The notes under the pieces were generated by a model. The model made no database searches, was not told the origin of the DNA, and worked only from the letters and a program-made list of their open reading frames with translations. From the NCBI GenBank assembly GCA_000002445.1, contig AE017150.2:32001-96000 (forward strand): a DNA stretch of 64,000 bases, given 5' to 3'. Shown here piece by piece: positions 49,056 through 62,479 of the stretch; position 1 is the stretch's first letter, and each line of letters opens with the position of its first letter. The position numbers were made by a program, and so were the translations under genes. The stretch is from Trypanosoma brucei (Eukaryota).

Positions 49056-52000
49056 AATCATTGGGACAATATCTTTGAGATATTTCCTTTACTATATTTG
49101 CAGTTCAGTAGTGAATAAAAGAAACTTTTCTGTATAATTCAACACATGGTGGAATTGCACAGAAATGTGATGGTACTTATAATCAATAAGTTCTCAATTT
49201 TCCTCACACGGTCTCCTTTCATGCCTTTACATCCTTATATAATTCACAGAGAATTACTGCAATTTCTTTCATATGCTTTCAAGATTCCATATGTCACAAT
49301 ACAAATAATATATATATATATATATCCTCCTACATAATTTGCACATAATATTGCTTAACATATAAATTATCACAAACCTATGATATTACACTCTTCCTAA
49401 GAATAATAGAATCAAATCATTTCTATTTTGCATCATTACATGAAGCTTTGGAAAAGGAAAGAAAAAGAATCAAACAAAAGGTAATGTAAAGAACACAGTT
49501 TTTTAATACAGAATATAACTTGTTTGTGAATTTCAGATGCAAACACAAAATGTTCAAACAGGGAAACAGTAAAGGACGGTACTGGTGATGTAAGCACAAA
49601 TTAATCAAAAATAGAAACATAAATAAATTTGAAACTTATAAAAACACAAATATATATGACACAAATATTTACCACATATTATAATTCGCCACCCTCACAC
49701 TTGAATTATAAAGAGGACATAACACACATATGTGGTAAAACTAATACAACTCGAATATACGTATGTGCCATCTTATTAACATAATCATTCTAATATTTAC
49801 TCAGTATGTATGTCTGTGTGTAGAAATGATGAAATGTAATTGTAACAAATCAGGCACAACACAAACAAAATATATGCATTATATTATTCTCTAAAAAGAA
49901 GAATAAAAATCAAGAAATATTACGCAACTTTTCTCACAAGTAATTTTGTTTCTGTATATATATATATATATAACACGACAGCTAACAACATTAAACTCTC
50001 AATTCCATAATATCTGACACCTGAAGTGATAATTAGCAGCGGATGCCTTTAACAAAAAACAACAGAAATAACAACATCAAAGCATGTTTTGAGAGCTTAA
50101 ATAAACTTCCTCATGGATAAACCATTTGTACGAAGTTTGAGTGCCAAGTAGGAGGAACAAAGAAAAAATAAAAAAAAGAAGAATTAAATGGTAAAACAAT
50201 TGCGTGTGATATAACTAAAGGATTTGTTAGGCACTACACTCATTAAACTCCAGTTTCATAAAAATACTGTAAGGCATAATATTTACTGCTTTACCGGTTA
50301 TGTGCCTCCAGCAAGCAATAATAAATACTTCGAGTATTATTCGATTTCTGATGCTATGAAGTGTGTAATAAATTAGTGCATGAGTAAAATATTCAAATGT
50401 TGGTGTTCACTTCAGATTATAAACTCTGCACTATGAATGTCTCGCGATGTTTATAATTTGAGAGAGCAAAAGTGACGGCGCTACTATTTATTTCTTCCAG
50501 TTCATGAATATATAAATATATTTATACATATATAATCAGATATGACATGCAAAAGCGTTTAAACATCAGGCATGAACATCTTTCCATCCATTTAAAGTAA
50601 GACGATACAATAAGGTAAGTTTAGGATGAAGTGAAGGTATCATAATGTTAATATCTTCCTTCAAGCGGAGGATTCAATTCAAATAGGCGTACTTCACAAA
50701 CAATAGTAAAATAACTGAGAAAACTTATATCACTTAATCGTTATTTCCTTCAATTCTTATTTTGAATCGCTCTGTACCGTCACACCTTCAATAAAGTATA
50801 TAGTGACGCATTTCATACATCCTCCCTAAGCCATCTCTCATAGTCATAGTTCTCAACAGCAATAATAAAAAATAATGAATAGTTTAGTTCTTACCTTCCC
50901 TTTTTTACTATCGACAAGAAAGATATACGAAATAATTATCATGCTGAATAAACAGTAAGGTTTCCTCATTATCCAACACAAAATATGAATTGAAACGATA
51001 ATTTACTAACGAAGCGGAAGTGTCTGAAAGCGTCTTTAACCCGTCTCCTGTGCGGGGCGAAGAGGGTTGTGTTGTGTGGGCTTTCTAAAAATTTCACTCT
51101 CTTGCAGACAGCTGCGTAAATAAACGGGGAGTACAGGTGGGTTTAGAGAAATATAACCGTACAAAATAATACTCTGCACTCCTAAGTCCAAAACAACCAT
51201 TCGTAATGCAGGTTTTCAAAATACACGACATCATCTCAACAAATTGTAATTATTTTTTTTGCATAATGTCCTCCAGAAGACAGAACAACAGATGACACAG
51301 TGAAATAACACATGACAAACAAGGAATATAACCGCACATCCTCAGCAGTAAATGTTTCAGTTTCTCCTTTAAAAAAAAAAAAAGAAAAATAAAACAGTTT
51401 CACACGTGTGGTCCAAAAGCTGCATCAGCCAATACAATATCTTGACACCTTGTCACGCAGTCTTGCCTCAAGAAGAAAATAAATCATTCATCTCTGCTTT
51501 CCTTAGTTGATAAATGAGATCCCATGCTGTGTTAACTCACGTCTCCATTCAAAAAGTTGACTCAACGTTGTGACGAGGCAGTGACCAAAAACAATCCAAA
51601 TGCAATTCTAAATTTCTTCATCATATGCTTTCAGTTTTATTACACATTTCCCCAACCATTCCGAGTACTAACAGGAATAATTTGGTTCTATAATAATGCA
51701 TGTGTTTTCTACAGCTCTTTCATTTTGTTATGATCCGCACAAAAATTATATATGTGGTTGTTGATTCGTCCTGTCAATCAAAATAATAATCATAATAATT
51801 AATTTTCCCCTTTTCTTCATTTTTTCTATTAGCACATGCGCACCTTGGTGAGATCACTTTCACTCATTTGCACTAATTGGTCAACACCATTTAGTTCGTT
51901 ATTCAACACACTCCCTTACATGTCCTCTTCTCACCATTTATAACCCACAGGAGCAGCATCAAATATAAATTGTGAAGAGGTATGAGATCACAAGGAGCTC

Positions 52001-54880
52001 GCTCTCATTGAGAAGGTTGGATGCGTCATATATATATAATCATGTAATCTTTTTCCATTTCAACAATACGCAAACCTCAACTGCGGAATCGACTTTGAAT
52101 GAGTTGACCTCGTCAGCATGAAACGGGGCCCGCCCAGTGGCATGAACATTAATCTTATCAGTAAACATGTGTTTGAGGTGTTGGTAATAAATGGGGTCAA
52201 AGAAAACATAAGTGCGTATCATCTTCCCCGTTATGCCCGAGTGGAAAATATACATCATCTCCTTGAAGATAATTGTATCGATGTTGTATCAATTCCTCAT
52301 TCAGCTCTTCATCCCTATCGGTACCCAAACGAAGTGCCATCGCCTAACTTTTCCATGAATGCACTCACGCCTTTGAGCTAACGAGTTTCAGCAACTTTGC
52401 ATCTGTCATACGGCTGGGGAATCCATGAGAATTTATGATCATATCTGTGCAAATGCCTTTACTCATTGAAGGGCATTTTAACACACCATCAGTGATGAGA
52501 TCCACTACTCCCTCCAGCCAGCGCCGTGAGGAAAACTTATTTCAGACCTCGGGACCGCAAACTTCTCTCGTGGCAACTTTAACTTTATTGTTCTACATCC
52601 ATTGATATATCCGAGTCACTGGAAGGTGAGAGATGACCACATTTGGTCCACAACAGCAGGCTGAGGGTATTTATTATATTCAAGAAAATTAGGTCTTGTT
52701 TTCATGGAAGGCACGGGAGTGTATTTGTTTACAAAAATATCAAACTGACAAACAGCCGCACCTTTACTACTGGCAATACCATCACTACTAAAGGCATTGT
52801 GTCTCGCAACATTTCAATCTGTTGGAAGAATTATATCATACATACTCACCGTTGGGAAGTCTTTCCAGTTCCATCTCATGCTTGCAGAAAACAACACGCC
52901 ACCCATAGCCACAATTGAGCGAACTGCGGTTGTGTACACCTTTGCGTCTTCAATATTGTAACCTCTATAGCTCATAATGCATACCATCGTATTAATTCCT
53001 GCACCTAATATTTCGTAGTTGCTTAGGTTCATAGCCTTCGTCCGGCAAAGGGATAGTTGAGAGTAAGCACTCAACATAAGTACTGTGTCCATTTATAATG
53101 TACTGAATATACGCAATGGTTCCAACAGCTTGCTTGCCCATGGCTGACTGTAATGTGTTTCGTGCAAATTGATTGTGATGTGTAAAGGAGAATAATGCTA
53201 GCGGCAACTCCAAGTGAGTCTCGTGTACTGCTCAATGTCTTTGTGGTGAACTGCTATAAGACAGACATTTGCCTTGTCATATACGTCAATGAATTCCACA
53301 ACAAACCTTCAGCTAAAATATCGTTAATCGAGCACTTGCCTGAACTCAAGTTATCCAGGTGTTGAGAAATTACAGCGTGTTTCCCATCGCGAACGACAAC
53401 ACACAACCGCATGATCCTTCTGCCAACACAAACAATTTGAACACTCTTCTGACGGTCATTTATCGCAATTGAAACGCAAGGATGCAAGCGGCCTGTGTTC
53501 CTCAGGGTTCGTAATACATCCCGACACAAACGGCTCATGTATCGATAAACGCACATCAGCGCTTCATTGAGAAAAACTGTGTAGTATTTAAGAAATTCGT
53601 TAAGGCTGATACAATCCATTTCGTACACTCCAATATTGTACGCATCCGCATGTAAAAAAAAAACAAATTATCCATGTCTAGTGTTACCTGACTAAGAATA
53701 GCAAAATTATTAACCAAACAGCAACAACTTTTACCCTCTGGGGTATTGCAAGGAGGGACATACACCATTCCCCATTGACTTGAATAGAGAAATAAGTCCG
53801 CACATGTGGGTCAATAGACGAGGCCATGGTCACTCCACTGCTGCCGTTACATATGATCACTGCATGGTTTTTATATCAATGTTGATGATGATGTGGGATT
53901 TGCTGCTGGAGGCAACCAGAAACATAAGTTTAAGGTTCCCACGTGTGGAGAGAGGCCCAACTGCCAACCCTCAACCAGGATAACAGAAGTGATTATAAGG
54001 AAAAAGACAACATATCATAGCATGTTTACACACCGACACATAATTGAAGAAAGAAAGAGAGAGAGAGGAAAATAGAAACAATCAGGTCACCAGCTGCGTG
54101 TCTGCGAAGAACACCATCAAGAGCTGCTCCATAACTGCAACCATAACTAACATGTATAATATAATTATAGCAGCTCGTATATGAAACAGCACATCCAGTA
54201 ACTGCTTCTAATGTTTGCATATTTCGCTCCGTCACAATCTCTCTCCCATGACACCTACTGGAAATACAACTCAGAGGAGTTTTAGTTCAGGCATGTTTCC
54301 AATACGCCCTCTCCACCACGGATGGCGAAGAAGCAAAAAGTACTATAGCATTTTTGTTCCTTTTATCATTGGCCTATAGATTCCTATCTCTACACAGATG
54401 GAAAATTTAGATTGTATAAATGAAAAGAAGATGTGAAGAGTTAGTGTAATATAATCCAATCCTATAGTTAGTAACAGCACAAATGAAAACAAAACGTTAC
54501 AATGTTTTCTTACGTCCGTCGATAACATTATTTCTGTCTTCATCTGTGCCCCTTAAGATTACGATGTGGCTTAACTCCAGTTACGCGTTAGCCGATAAAA
54601 TACTACTTTCGCTATTCCTTAGTCGTCTTCATTTCCACTTCCCTTCCCTCACCTCCGGCACTCAAGTGAATTATCACGTCCCTTTCCTTGCAGCAGCTGC
54701 GGAAGCTCATTACTGGTGGACAAACAACACACTTGGAAAGGCGCAACGGGGCACTTCAAGTTGTGATCATAAACCAAACCAGGTACAAAAACGAACCCGC
54801 TCCCCCTAATGGTTGGTTCCCTCCTCTTTAAGCATTTGTCACTCTTAACAGCAACGCCGTGCACTGCTAAAAAAAAACAA
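49056..54880. repeat. Spacer module L, copy 3.
   Basis: Direct comparison. Slightly more diverged than copies 1 and 2. Confidence 0.75.
51950..54543 (-). pseudogene. Third copy of the RNA polymerase second-largest-subunit pseudogene, inside L module copy 3. Slightly more diverged, with extra frame disruptions.
   Basis: Fragments 52040..52258, 52814..53092, 52992..53213, 53254..53628, 53556..53768 and 54343..54543 carry the same motifs ([24 protein letters not shown]). Confidence 0.65.
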
Positions 54881-57463
54881 TTACGCGTCTTCACCTCCTT
54901 CCACGTCGTCCATTGCTACGTCACCTCGCCCCTCCACAACCTCTTCACGAGCGCGCCGCCTTCCCGCCAGTCCCATCAATGCTGGTGCATCTCGCATGCC
55001 AGATTCTCGGCGATATGCCTGAATTAATTCCGCTTGCATCGTTTCCTTGAGTGTCACTTGGAATTGGTCGATGGATTCCCAAAATGTTTGCGGTCCCAGA
55101 GGACCTCCGTCCTCACCTCTATCTCTATCGGGGGGTCCTCCGCAAAGTTGCCTGTGGGTTATCGTGCCACCGTTAACCGAATTAATGTATATCATTTCCC
55201 AAGCCATGTTACCCGAAAACGTGTTCCAGTCGGAAAAATAACTTGCTATGTTTTCTCGGAACTTCTGCACCTTATCCGTAGTGGTGGGGTGCCTCTCCGA
55301 CTTGGTTACTTGTAAAAGCACAGCTATATTTGGAGTGGTCGGTGGCGCTGTTCCGTCACGGTTTCTCCTGAGCCGCCCCTCAACGAAAAAAAAGCCATCC
55401 ACCACGGGTTCATTGCCTGTGGCAGGGAGGTAGAGAACCATGTGTTCACAGCGTTCAATTGGTCGCTGTTGGGCCGCAGGTAAGGCCTTCTGCCCAATGA
55501 GTCTCAACTGCTGAGGAGCCATGTCGTTCAGTATGCTTCGACGGTCAGCTATTTCTCTGCCTCGTCGCAGGTATTTCAAGTTGTTTGCGATAACTTTAAA
55601 AACTCGAGGGAAAAGAAGCGAAAGCAACGCAAGCCTTTCAAAAGCGTTGGCCCCGACACTCTCGTCTGACATTATAATCTCCTTTGACGTCATCTCCACA
55701 ATAAGAATGCCAAATAATGTGCAAATCAACATATTCCAAATGTTGACAGAAAGCGATCTGCAACGATATGATTCGACATTGACAGTCCCAGAGCTTACCC
55801 GCACTATCTTCACCAATTTGTGCGTTACCTTATCATTTTGCCAGCCCTTAGATTTACTAATAATCTTATCATATTTCTTTCCGTTATCGCTATCGAGCTG
55901 CCTAGCTTCTTTACGCACACTTTCCAGTCGTTCGTCATAGTCAGGGGCTGAGAAAACAAAACGAGGCAGTGGACCAACCATGTCAATGCGCTCTTCCACA
56001 ATTTTCCACTCGCTTTCAAGCTCCTCCTTTAACTGCTGCCTCGTTTTGTCGCGCGGCACCTCCTCCGAAAGCACACACAGCTTTTTCCATGCCACAAATG
56101 CCTTCATGTCACGCACATCATCGCAGTTTATAATAATTCGGCGGCCTCCCGTGTCCTTTGCCCACTCCTCGTAATGTGCCGTATCCGGGGAAGTGAGAAC
56201 AGTTATACCCCAACTCAAATGGCACAGCTCATCAGGCGGTGTAAGTAAGCGCTTACCGATGTCAACAATGATGTGCCCTTTTTTTTTCTTGGATACTAAC
56301 GCAGCTATTGCGTCAACGGCATCTTCCGGGACTTTATACCTCTCAACCCTCCCCTCTTCTCCGGGTTTCTTGTTATATATTAAGTAAGCGATTTTACCCA
56401 CGAAATATGCAACAACATCAAGCATTCCATCATTGAAGTGAAGCAATGAATGAAGCAAAAATGATCCAACTCCATACGACTTTCCAATACCAGGTGTACC
56501 AATAACAATATGTATCGGTGTTCTCCGAGCTGTCTTTTCCACCCACCATGTTTGCAGCCCTCGTTGGATTATATACCACACGCGCATAATTTCACGACGG
56601 ATGTATACATGTTTAAAATTGTTCTTGCGTATATTAACGTCCCTCGATGCAAACCTGTCGTATGGCCAACCCTTCTCCGAAGTGAGAACAAAAATCTCCA
56701 AACCATTGGGTCTCTCCGGCACTCGTGCATCAAGATTCGCAGGATCAGGAGTTATATCCACCTCCGCTTCGGTCCATATGCGCTGTGGTTTTCCATTAAA
56801 CACTTTCATTCCAAGTGGCTCTCTACGATAACCCGACATTACATAACTCCATTTCGCATCATAAATGGAATCATACACTCCTTTAATTTCGACAGCACTA
56901 GCAGCTGTTTGGGCAGCTCGTTCCAATGCTACATCGAGTGCATCATTCAACATGTTAGTGACAATAATCCAAAGCCGCCCTCCATCTCTCTGTCCACGAA
57001 TATTCACCTGTAACCCGGCCTTTACTACCTCATCTGCTTGTTGCCAGCGCTGAAGATTCAATATTCCCTCTCTGAACAACAGGGGGTAAGCAGTAGCAAA
57101 AACTTTGTACACTTGATACTCTGTTGTCGCGAATATTCGATTGAGCGCATTAACGTCATTAATATACTCTTCGCATCGTTGTACAAAGGCAAACATTGAT
57201 GCTCTCAGGAGACGTTGATCCAAGTCGATATCATCGAGTAAATTACGCCTCAAATAATCATTTACACTCACATTTTCAGGATGAGCCCGACCATTCAGCA
57301 AAACTGCTTCAATGCAGCTGAAAAGTCTCCATTGTGGTTGGTTATTATTCTCCACTCGTTGCTGGACTGCTGGAGGTTCCGCATCGTTACGCGCAGCCTC
57401 CTCACGCTCTCGTCTCCTTCCCTCAATGTCACCCCTTCCTTCAATAGGAACCTGTTGATTCAT
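54881..57463 (-). CDS. RHS-like P-loop NTPase, subfamily B, copy B3 (860 aa). It carries a ~55 nt substituted patch (RRNLLDDIDLDQRLLRASMFAFVQRCEE replaces RRNFGRRYNVNEENNVSMFVFVLEPEE).
   Basis: Full-length ORF. The patch at ~57180-57260 is a substitution block of near-equal length (length change 3 nt = one codon, reading frame preserved), not a frameshift. I checked by translating both versions. Confidence 0.8.
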   Translation of the reverse strand: MNQQVPIEGRGDIEGRRREREEAARNDAEPPAVQQRVENNNQPQWRLFSCIEAVLLNGRAHPENVSVNDYLRRNLLDDIDLDQRLLRASMFAFVQRCEEYINDVNALNRIFATTEYQVYKVFATAYPLLFREGILNLQRWQQADEVVKAGLQVNIRGQRDGGRLWIIVTNMLNDALDVALERAAQTAASAVEIKGVYDSIYDAKWSYVMSGYRREPLGMKVFNGKPQRIWTEAEVDITPDPANLDARVPERPNGLEIFVLTSEKGWPYDRFASRDVNIRKNNFKHVYIRREIMRVWYIIQRGLQTWWVEKTARRTPIHIVIGTPGIGKSYGVGSFLLHSLLHFNDGMLDVVAYFVGKIAYLIYNKKPGEEGRVERYKVPEDAVDAIAALVSKKKKGHIIVDIGKRLLTPPDELCHLSWGITVLTSPDTAHYEEWAKDTGGRRIIINCDDVRDMKAFVAWKKLCVLSEEVPRDKTRQQLKEELESEWKIVEERIDMVGPLPRFVFSAPDYDERLESVRKEARQLDSDNGKKYDKIISKSKGWQNDKVTHKLVKIVRVSSGTVNVESYRCRSLSVNIWNMLICTLFGILIVEMTSKEIIMSDESVGANAFERLALLSLLFPRVFKVIANNLKYLRRGREIADRRSILNDMAPQQLRLIGQKALPAAQQRPIERCEHMVLYLPATGNEPVVDGFFFVEGRLRRNRDGTAPPTTPNIAVLLQVTKSERHPTTTDKVQKFRENIASYFSDWNTFSGNMAWEMIYINSVNGGTITHRQLCGGPPDRDRGEDGGPLGPQTFWESIDQFQVTLKETMQAELIQAYRRESGMRDAPALMGLAGRRRAREEVVEGRGDVAMDDVEGGEDA

Positions 57464-58032
57464 TTCACTCTCCGAATAATAATCCTAACTGAGTGTGTTG
57501 TGTTATTTCCTTTCTTTGTAATATAAATTAAGAAAAGAATTAAGATGAGGGAATTTAAAATGGATACACTTATAAACCAAATCAAATATACAATTAATGA
57601 ATATTAGGAATTAATATGGCAGATGGAAACTATTTATTTAAATTAGGATTCAATACAAATCTTATCATGTGTTGGGGCGTCACGGCAACTTAAGCACAAA
57701 TAAGGTATGACAGTATGAATAAACATTTCTCTTGGGATGAAAAACTCAAACAACAATTCCCAGTTACTGCACACCATCATTTCAGAAAAAATATATATAC
57801 TTAGATATATTTATGTATGGAAAAGCAAAAAAAATAAATAAATGTGGCATTACCACGAAAAATGGGAAACAATAGTTTTAATGATAAATCATGCAAAACG
57901 TAGAAAACTCGGTTGCATACAGAAAAGTGCCTTACTTACCTTACAAAATTAAAAATATACCAAAAGTAAAAATAAATATAAAACATTATCTTCACAAATC
58001 AAACCAGACACGTATTAAGCAAGAGAAAATAA
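57464..58032. repeat. Module U_B, copy 3.
   Basis: Direct comparison. Confidence 0.8.
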
Positions 58033-58775
58033 TTCACATAATCTCATACATATGTTATGATGGGCATTGCATGCAGTACAATTTAAAGGAAGTGTAACTC
58101 ATATAACATTTTCAAAAAAAAAAGTAATGAATGGTTGTTTGCTACCATCAATTACATTTCCAATGCCTAATTACACTTTTATATGCATGAAGGAAGTTAC
58201 AGATGATAACTTTGACATGCTCGAGAATCCATAACACAAAGCGACAGCTGCATGCAAATAAAAAAATATAAATATAAATAACATCCGAATTCATTTACTG
58301 ACAGATGAGTGCAATTCATTCACCCAAACTTCATAGCTGTAAACATAAACTTGCTTCTGCCAAAAGGAAAAAATCCCGCATAAATATTGAGTATCTGAAA
58401 ATGATAGCAACGGGTTTCCATTTTTGAAATATATGCATAAACTACATGAGGTATATGAAGCCATATTGGTGAAGTGTCATTACGCATGTTGCAATTTACT
58501 ATCAGAAGTGTATGCCTTATTTTATTTCTTGTGTTACTGTAACTCATGAGTATCATTCATTATTCTTTACAATACAACTGTAAGTCATTTTGCATTTTTA
58601 CATATTTCCTTATTCTCTCATACTGGAAGTATTCCACATATGAGATTCCTCAATATCGTTCAAAAAATAAAAATAATTTTATTTACTTCTGCATTCAGTT
58701 TCTCGTGTAGCAGTGTGTACACTAATCATCCATAAAGTTTTTAATTTGCCAAATACATCATTACGAAACTATTTT
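58033..58775. repeat. Partial U module (distal part only), joined here to D_A rather than to L.
   Basis: Same as 17306-18055, then continues into D_A-type sequence. Confidence 0.7.
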
Positions 58776-59627
58776 CCACAAATAAACAAACAAATAAACA
58801 ACCAAACACTTTTAAATGTTGTTGTGAAACGAAAATTGAATCACGGAAAATTGTGGGGCGCACACGTAATGGGCACCATGAATGCCTCTTTGGATATTCC
58901 TCAATGGCTTTTCACCAGCATCATCAACTTACTTTTTGTGTAAAAAAAAACAAAAAAGAAAAAAAGAAAAAAGAAATTTAAAAAGAAAACAAAAAAGAAA
59001 TAAAGGTACAAATGCATTAATAAACCCAACTCCTCAGCAGGAAATCAAGAACAGGAAGCCACGAAAAGCGTATGGCACATATGATTTTCACCTCTCAGTT
59101 ACTTAAGGTGGATCGCATGATTTACCCACCTTCTAAAAACACACCCTCCGAGAGGCCCGATTAAAAGAAAAAAAAACGCTATGACGGTTGAAAAGACGTT
59201 TTTCATAAACCTTCACTTTATACGTGAGGATGCATGAATAAACAATGATAACGATGAGAATGCTAACGGAAACAATGACGAACCGTGAGGATCATAGAAA
59301 AAAAAACACATACTTTTACATTAAGGAAACTTAATAAATAACAAAATATAAATATTCCCTACACAGAGGTATAGGGAGTGTTCGTCAACTTCGTAATGCT
59401 AATCAAAAAGCCTTCAAATGTATCGATCATTCGTGCAGTCAATCAAATAAGAAGTAACATGTACTACACGCACAAAAGCACACTTATAAAGCCTACAAAC
59501 CCACTTGCCCCCTTTTAGAGAATACCACTCTCTAGTCAGTGATAGGAGAGGTGATATTAAAAGTATTCCCTTTATAATTATTTCTTGTTTTTCAATTCGT
59601 TGCAACATAACATGCAAAGGTGTTGCA
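58776..59627. repeat. Module D_A, copy 4 (3' of the chimeric pseudogene; contains an expanded purine-rich tract).
   Basis: Direct comparison. Confidence 0.8.
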
Positions 59628-62083
59628 TCAGGCAGCGGGGCCACCAGCAATAGCGTTTGGTTCATCCTGGGTGATCTCCTTAACAATATTCCCTTCCATC
59701 TTCACTTGAAACTGGCTGATTTTATTCCACAACTTTGTAGTATAATCGCCTCTGCCCCCAACTGGTTCGCACTTCTGCCTCACATCGATTGGCTTGCTGT
59801 CACTGTACTGTATGTAAATCAGCTCCCATTTCAAGTTTCTTGCGAGCTTATCCCATTCACCAAACAATTGTTTCATTGCCTTGATAAACTTATCTACCTT
59901 CTCTCGTGTCGTGTGATGCGTTGGTGCCACTGTCGGCTGGAGCAGAACAATTGTTGTTGCGGTGATCGCTCTTCCTTCTCTATCAACAGCTGGCTCAGTT
60001 ACAAAGAAAAAGGCGTCCACAACGGGGAAATTTCCCTGTACAGGTCGGTAAAGGCACCCAACCTTGATGTCTTGGCCTGTCGTTTCGGGGTAAATATGAC
60101 GAAGTGAAGTTGGAACACGTCCCACGGCATTACCACTTGCCAGAGCGGATACATTTGAATCCATTTCTTCTCCAACGCGAGGGAGATACCGCAGGTGCGT
60201 CACAATCGTCTGCACAACATTTCCCATCGTGAAGGCATATATGCCCACATTTTCAAATTCATCAGCGGCCTGCTCTTTTTTCCCACGAAAACCCTTTCGA
60301 AGGTAATTGTCTCGCATACATGCTGTGTCCGCCCACACTCTCAATTTCTGCTCAATATCAATGGAAACAGCTCTGTTTCTGCATTCTTCTCCATTCTCAG
60401 TTACAACCCGGACCAACTTAGCCAACCTGTATGTAGTCCCGTCCTCGCGCCATTGAACTCGACTATTCAGCACCTTCATGTAGTGTTCAGCATCGCCTCT
60501 ACTGATCTCCTCCAGTGCCCCATTTATTTCTCTAACGCGGCCCTTGTAGCGTTTTTCACCTTCCAGTACTTGGCGGGCCAGTGGGCCCACCTTCTTAATC
60601 CATCCCAATGTTTTCTGCCATTCATTCTCAAGGTTTATGATGTGAGCTTCGGTGATTTTACTTTCGTCCAACTTCGACAGCCGCCTTCACGCAACCGCAG
60701 CCTTCAGTTCCACCTCTTCATAGCAATTGATGCAAAAGCGCTCGCAAGCCCGTGGCCGCTTCCAGCGTCTGTAGTTATTTGGATCTGGAGATGTCAACAC
60801 AATTACGGGCCACGTTTCCGGCAATTTTGTCGGTATGGGTTCATCTCTCTCTTTCGCAAAGTCGTATATAATGTAACCAAGACCTTCTTCATCAGCCAAG
60901 TCATTGACAGCATCCAATCCATCTACTTCTTTTTCATAAAATACAACCTTTCTCGGATGATCATTTGTCGCCCTGAAGAAAATATATGCCCTACCCTTCA
61001 CAAAATAAGCGATATTCCGCAACAGCTCCGAATCGTAATGCAGCAACCTTTGGAGCAGAAACGAGCCAACACCAAATGATTTCCCAATACCTGGAGTGCC
61101 AACGAGGACGCAAGGTATTTGTTTTTTATTCACGCCTGGCCCTAACCACAAATCCAGCCTCTGCTTCACAAGATACCACACTCTCATTACCTCTCGACGA
61201 ATGTACACATCCCCGTCAAACACATGGACCTTTGGCTTTTCCTCACCCTCTTGAATTGCTCTTCGCGGAATGCGGAAACGATTATACGGCCAACCCTTCT
61301 GCGAGGTGAGCACAGCAATCTCTAAATTACCACGTCGAGGCAGTGGGTCGCACAAATCGTAAGGCGTGTGACTGACATTCACCTCCTCTTCTGTCCACAA
61401 CTCGGGCTCGCCGTCACTATTACCCACCACCTTCATGCCAAGAGGTAAGTCATTGTGACCCGACTCCACATAACCCCACGTCGCATTGTATATGGATTCA
61501 TATACTCCTTTCAGTTCGACACCATCAGCTCTTTGAGCAGCTCGCTTTTCCGCTTCCTTGAGTGCATTATTCAACATGTTAGTGACAATAATCCAAGTCT
61601 GCTCTCCATTTCTCAGTCCACGAATATTCACCTGTAACCTGGCCTTTACTTCCTCATTTGCTTGTTTCCAGCGCACGAGATTCAATATTCCCTCATTCTC
61701 ATAAAAACCATAGACGCTGACAAAACGTTTGTACACTTTATACGGTATTGTCGCGAATATTCGATTGAGCGCATTAACGTCATTAATATACTCTTCACAT
61801 CGTTGTAAACCCCAGATATTGATACATTATTTTCTTCGTTCACATTGTATCTTGTGCCAAAATTAAGCTTCAAAAAATCATTCAACATCACATTTTGAGG
61901 ATGTGGCAGACCATTCAGCAAAACTGCTTCAATGCAGCTGAAAAGTCTCCATTGTGGTTGGTTATTATTCTCCACTCGTTGCTGCACTGCTGGAGGTTCC
62001 GCATCGTTACGCGCAGCCTCCTCACGCTCTCGTCTCCTTCCCTCAATGTCACCCCTTCCTTCAATAGGAACCTGTTGATTCAT
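59628..62083 (-). pseudogene. Chimeric RHS-like pseudogene. The N-terminus is B-like and identical to B3 (61700-62083). The body is A-like from ~61550 downward. It has one in-frame nonsense (TGG to TGA at 60687-60689) and a small deletion/frameshift near 61740-61800.
   Basis: The ORF track splits it into 59628..60671, 60687..61736 and 61682..62083 in different frames. At 60687-60689 the DNA reads tca (TGA on the gene strand), whereas intact A copies read cca (TGG, W of AVAWRRLSK). Flank 62084-62479 is identical to the B3 upstream module. Confidence 0.75.
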
Positions 62084-62479
62084 TTCACTCTCCGAATAAT
62101 AATCCTAACTGAGTGTGTTGTGTTATTTCCTTTCTTTGTAATATAAATTAAGAAAAGAATTAAGATGAGGGAATTTAAAATGGATACACTTATAAACCAA
62201 ATCAAATATACAATTAATGAATATTAGGAATTAATATGGCAGATGGAAACTATTTATTTAAATTAGGATTCAATACAAATCTTATCATGTGTTGGGGCGT
62301 CACGGCAACTTAAGCACAAATAAGGTATGACAGTATTAATAAACATTTCTGTTGAGAGGAAAACTCAAACAACAATTCCCGGTTACTTCACACCATGATT
62401 TCAAAAACAATAATATACTTACACATATATTTATGTATTGAAAAGCAAAACAAATAAATAAATGTGGCATTGCCATGAA
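62084..62479. repeat. Module U_B, copy 4 (truncated; identical to copy 3 over its length).
   Basis: 62084-62479 equals 57464-57859 base for base by eye. Confidence 0.8.
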
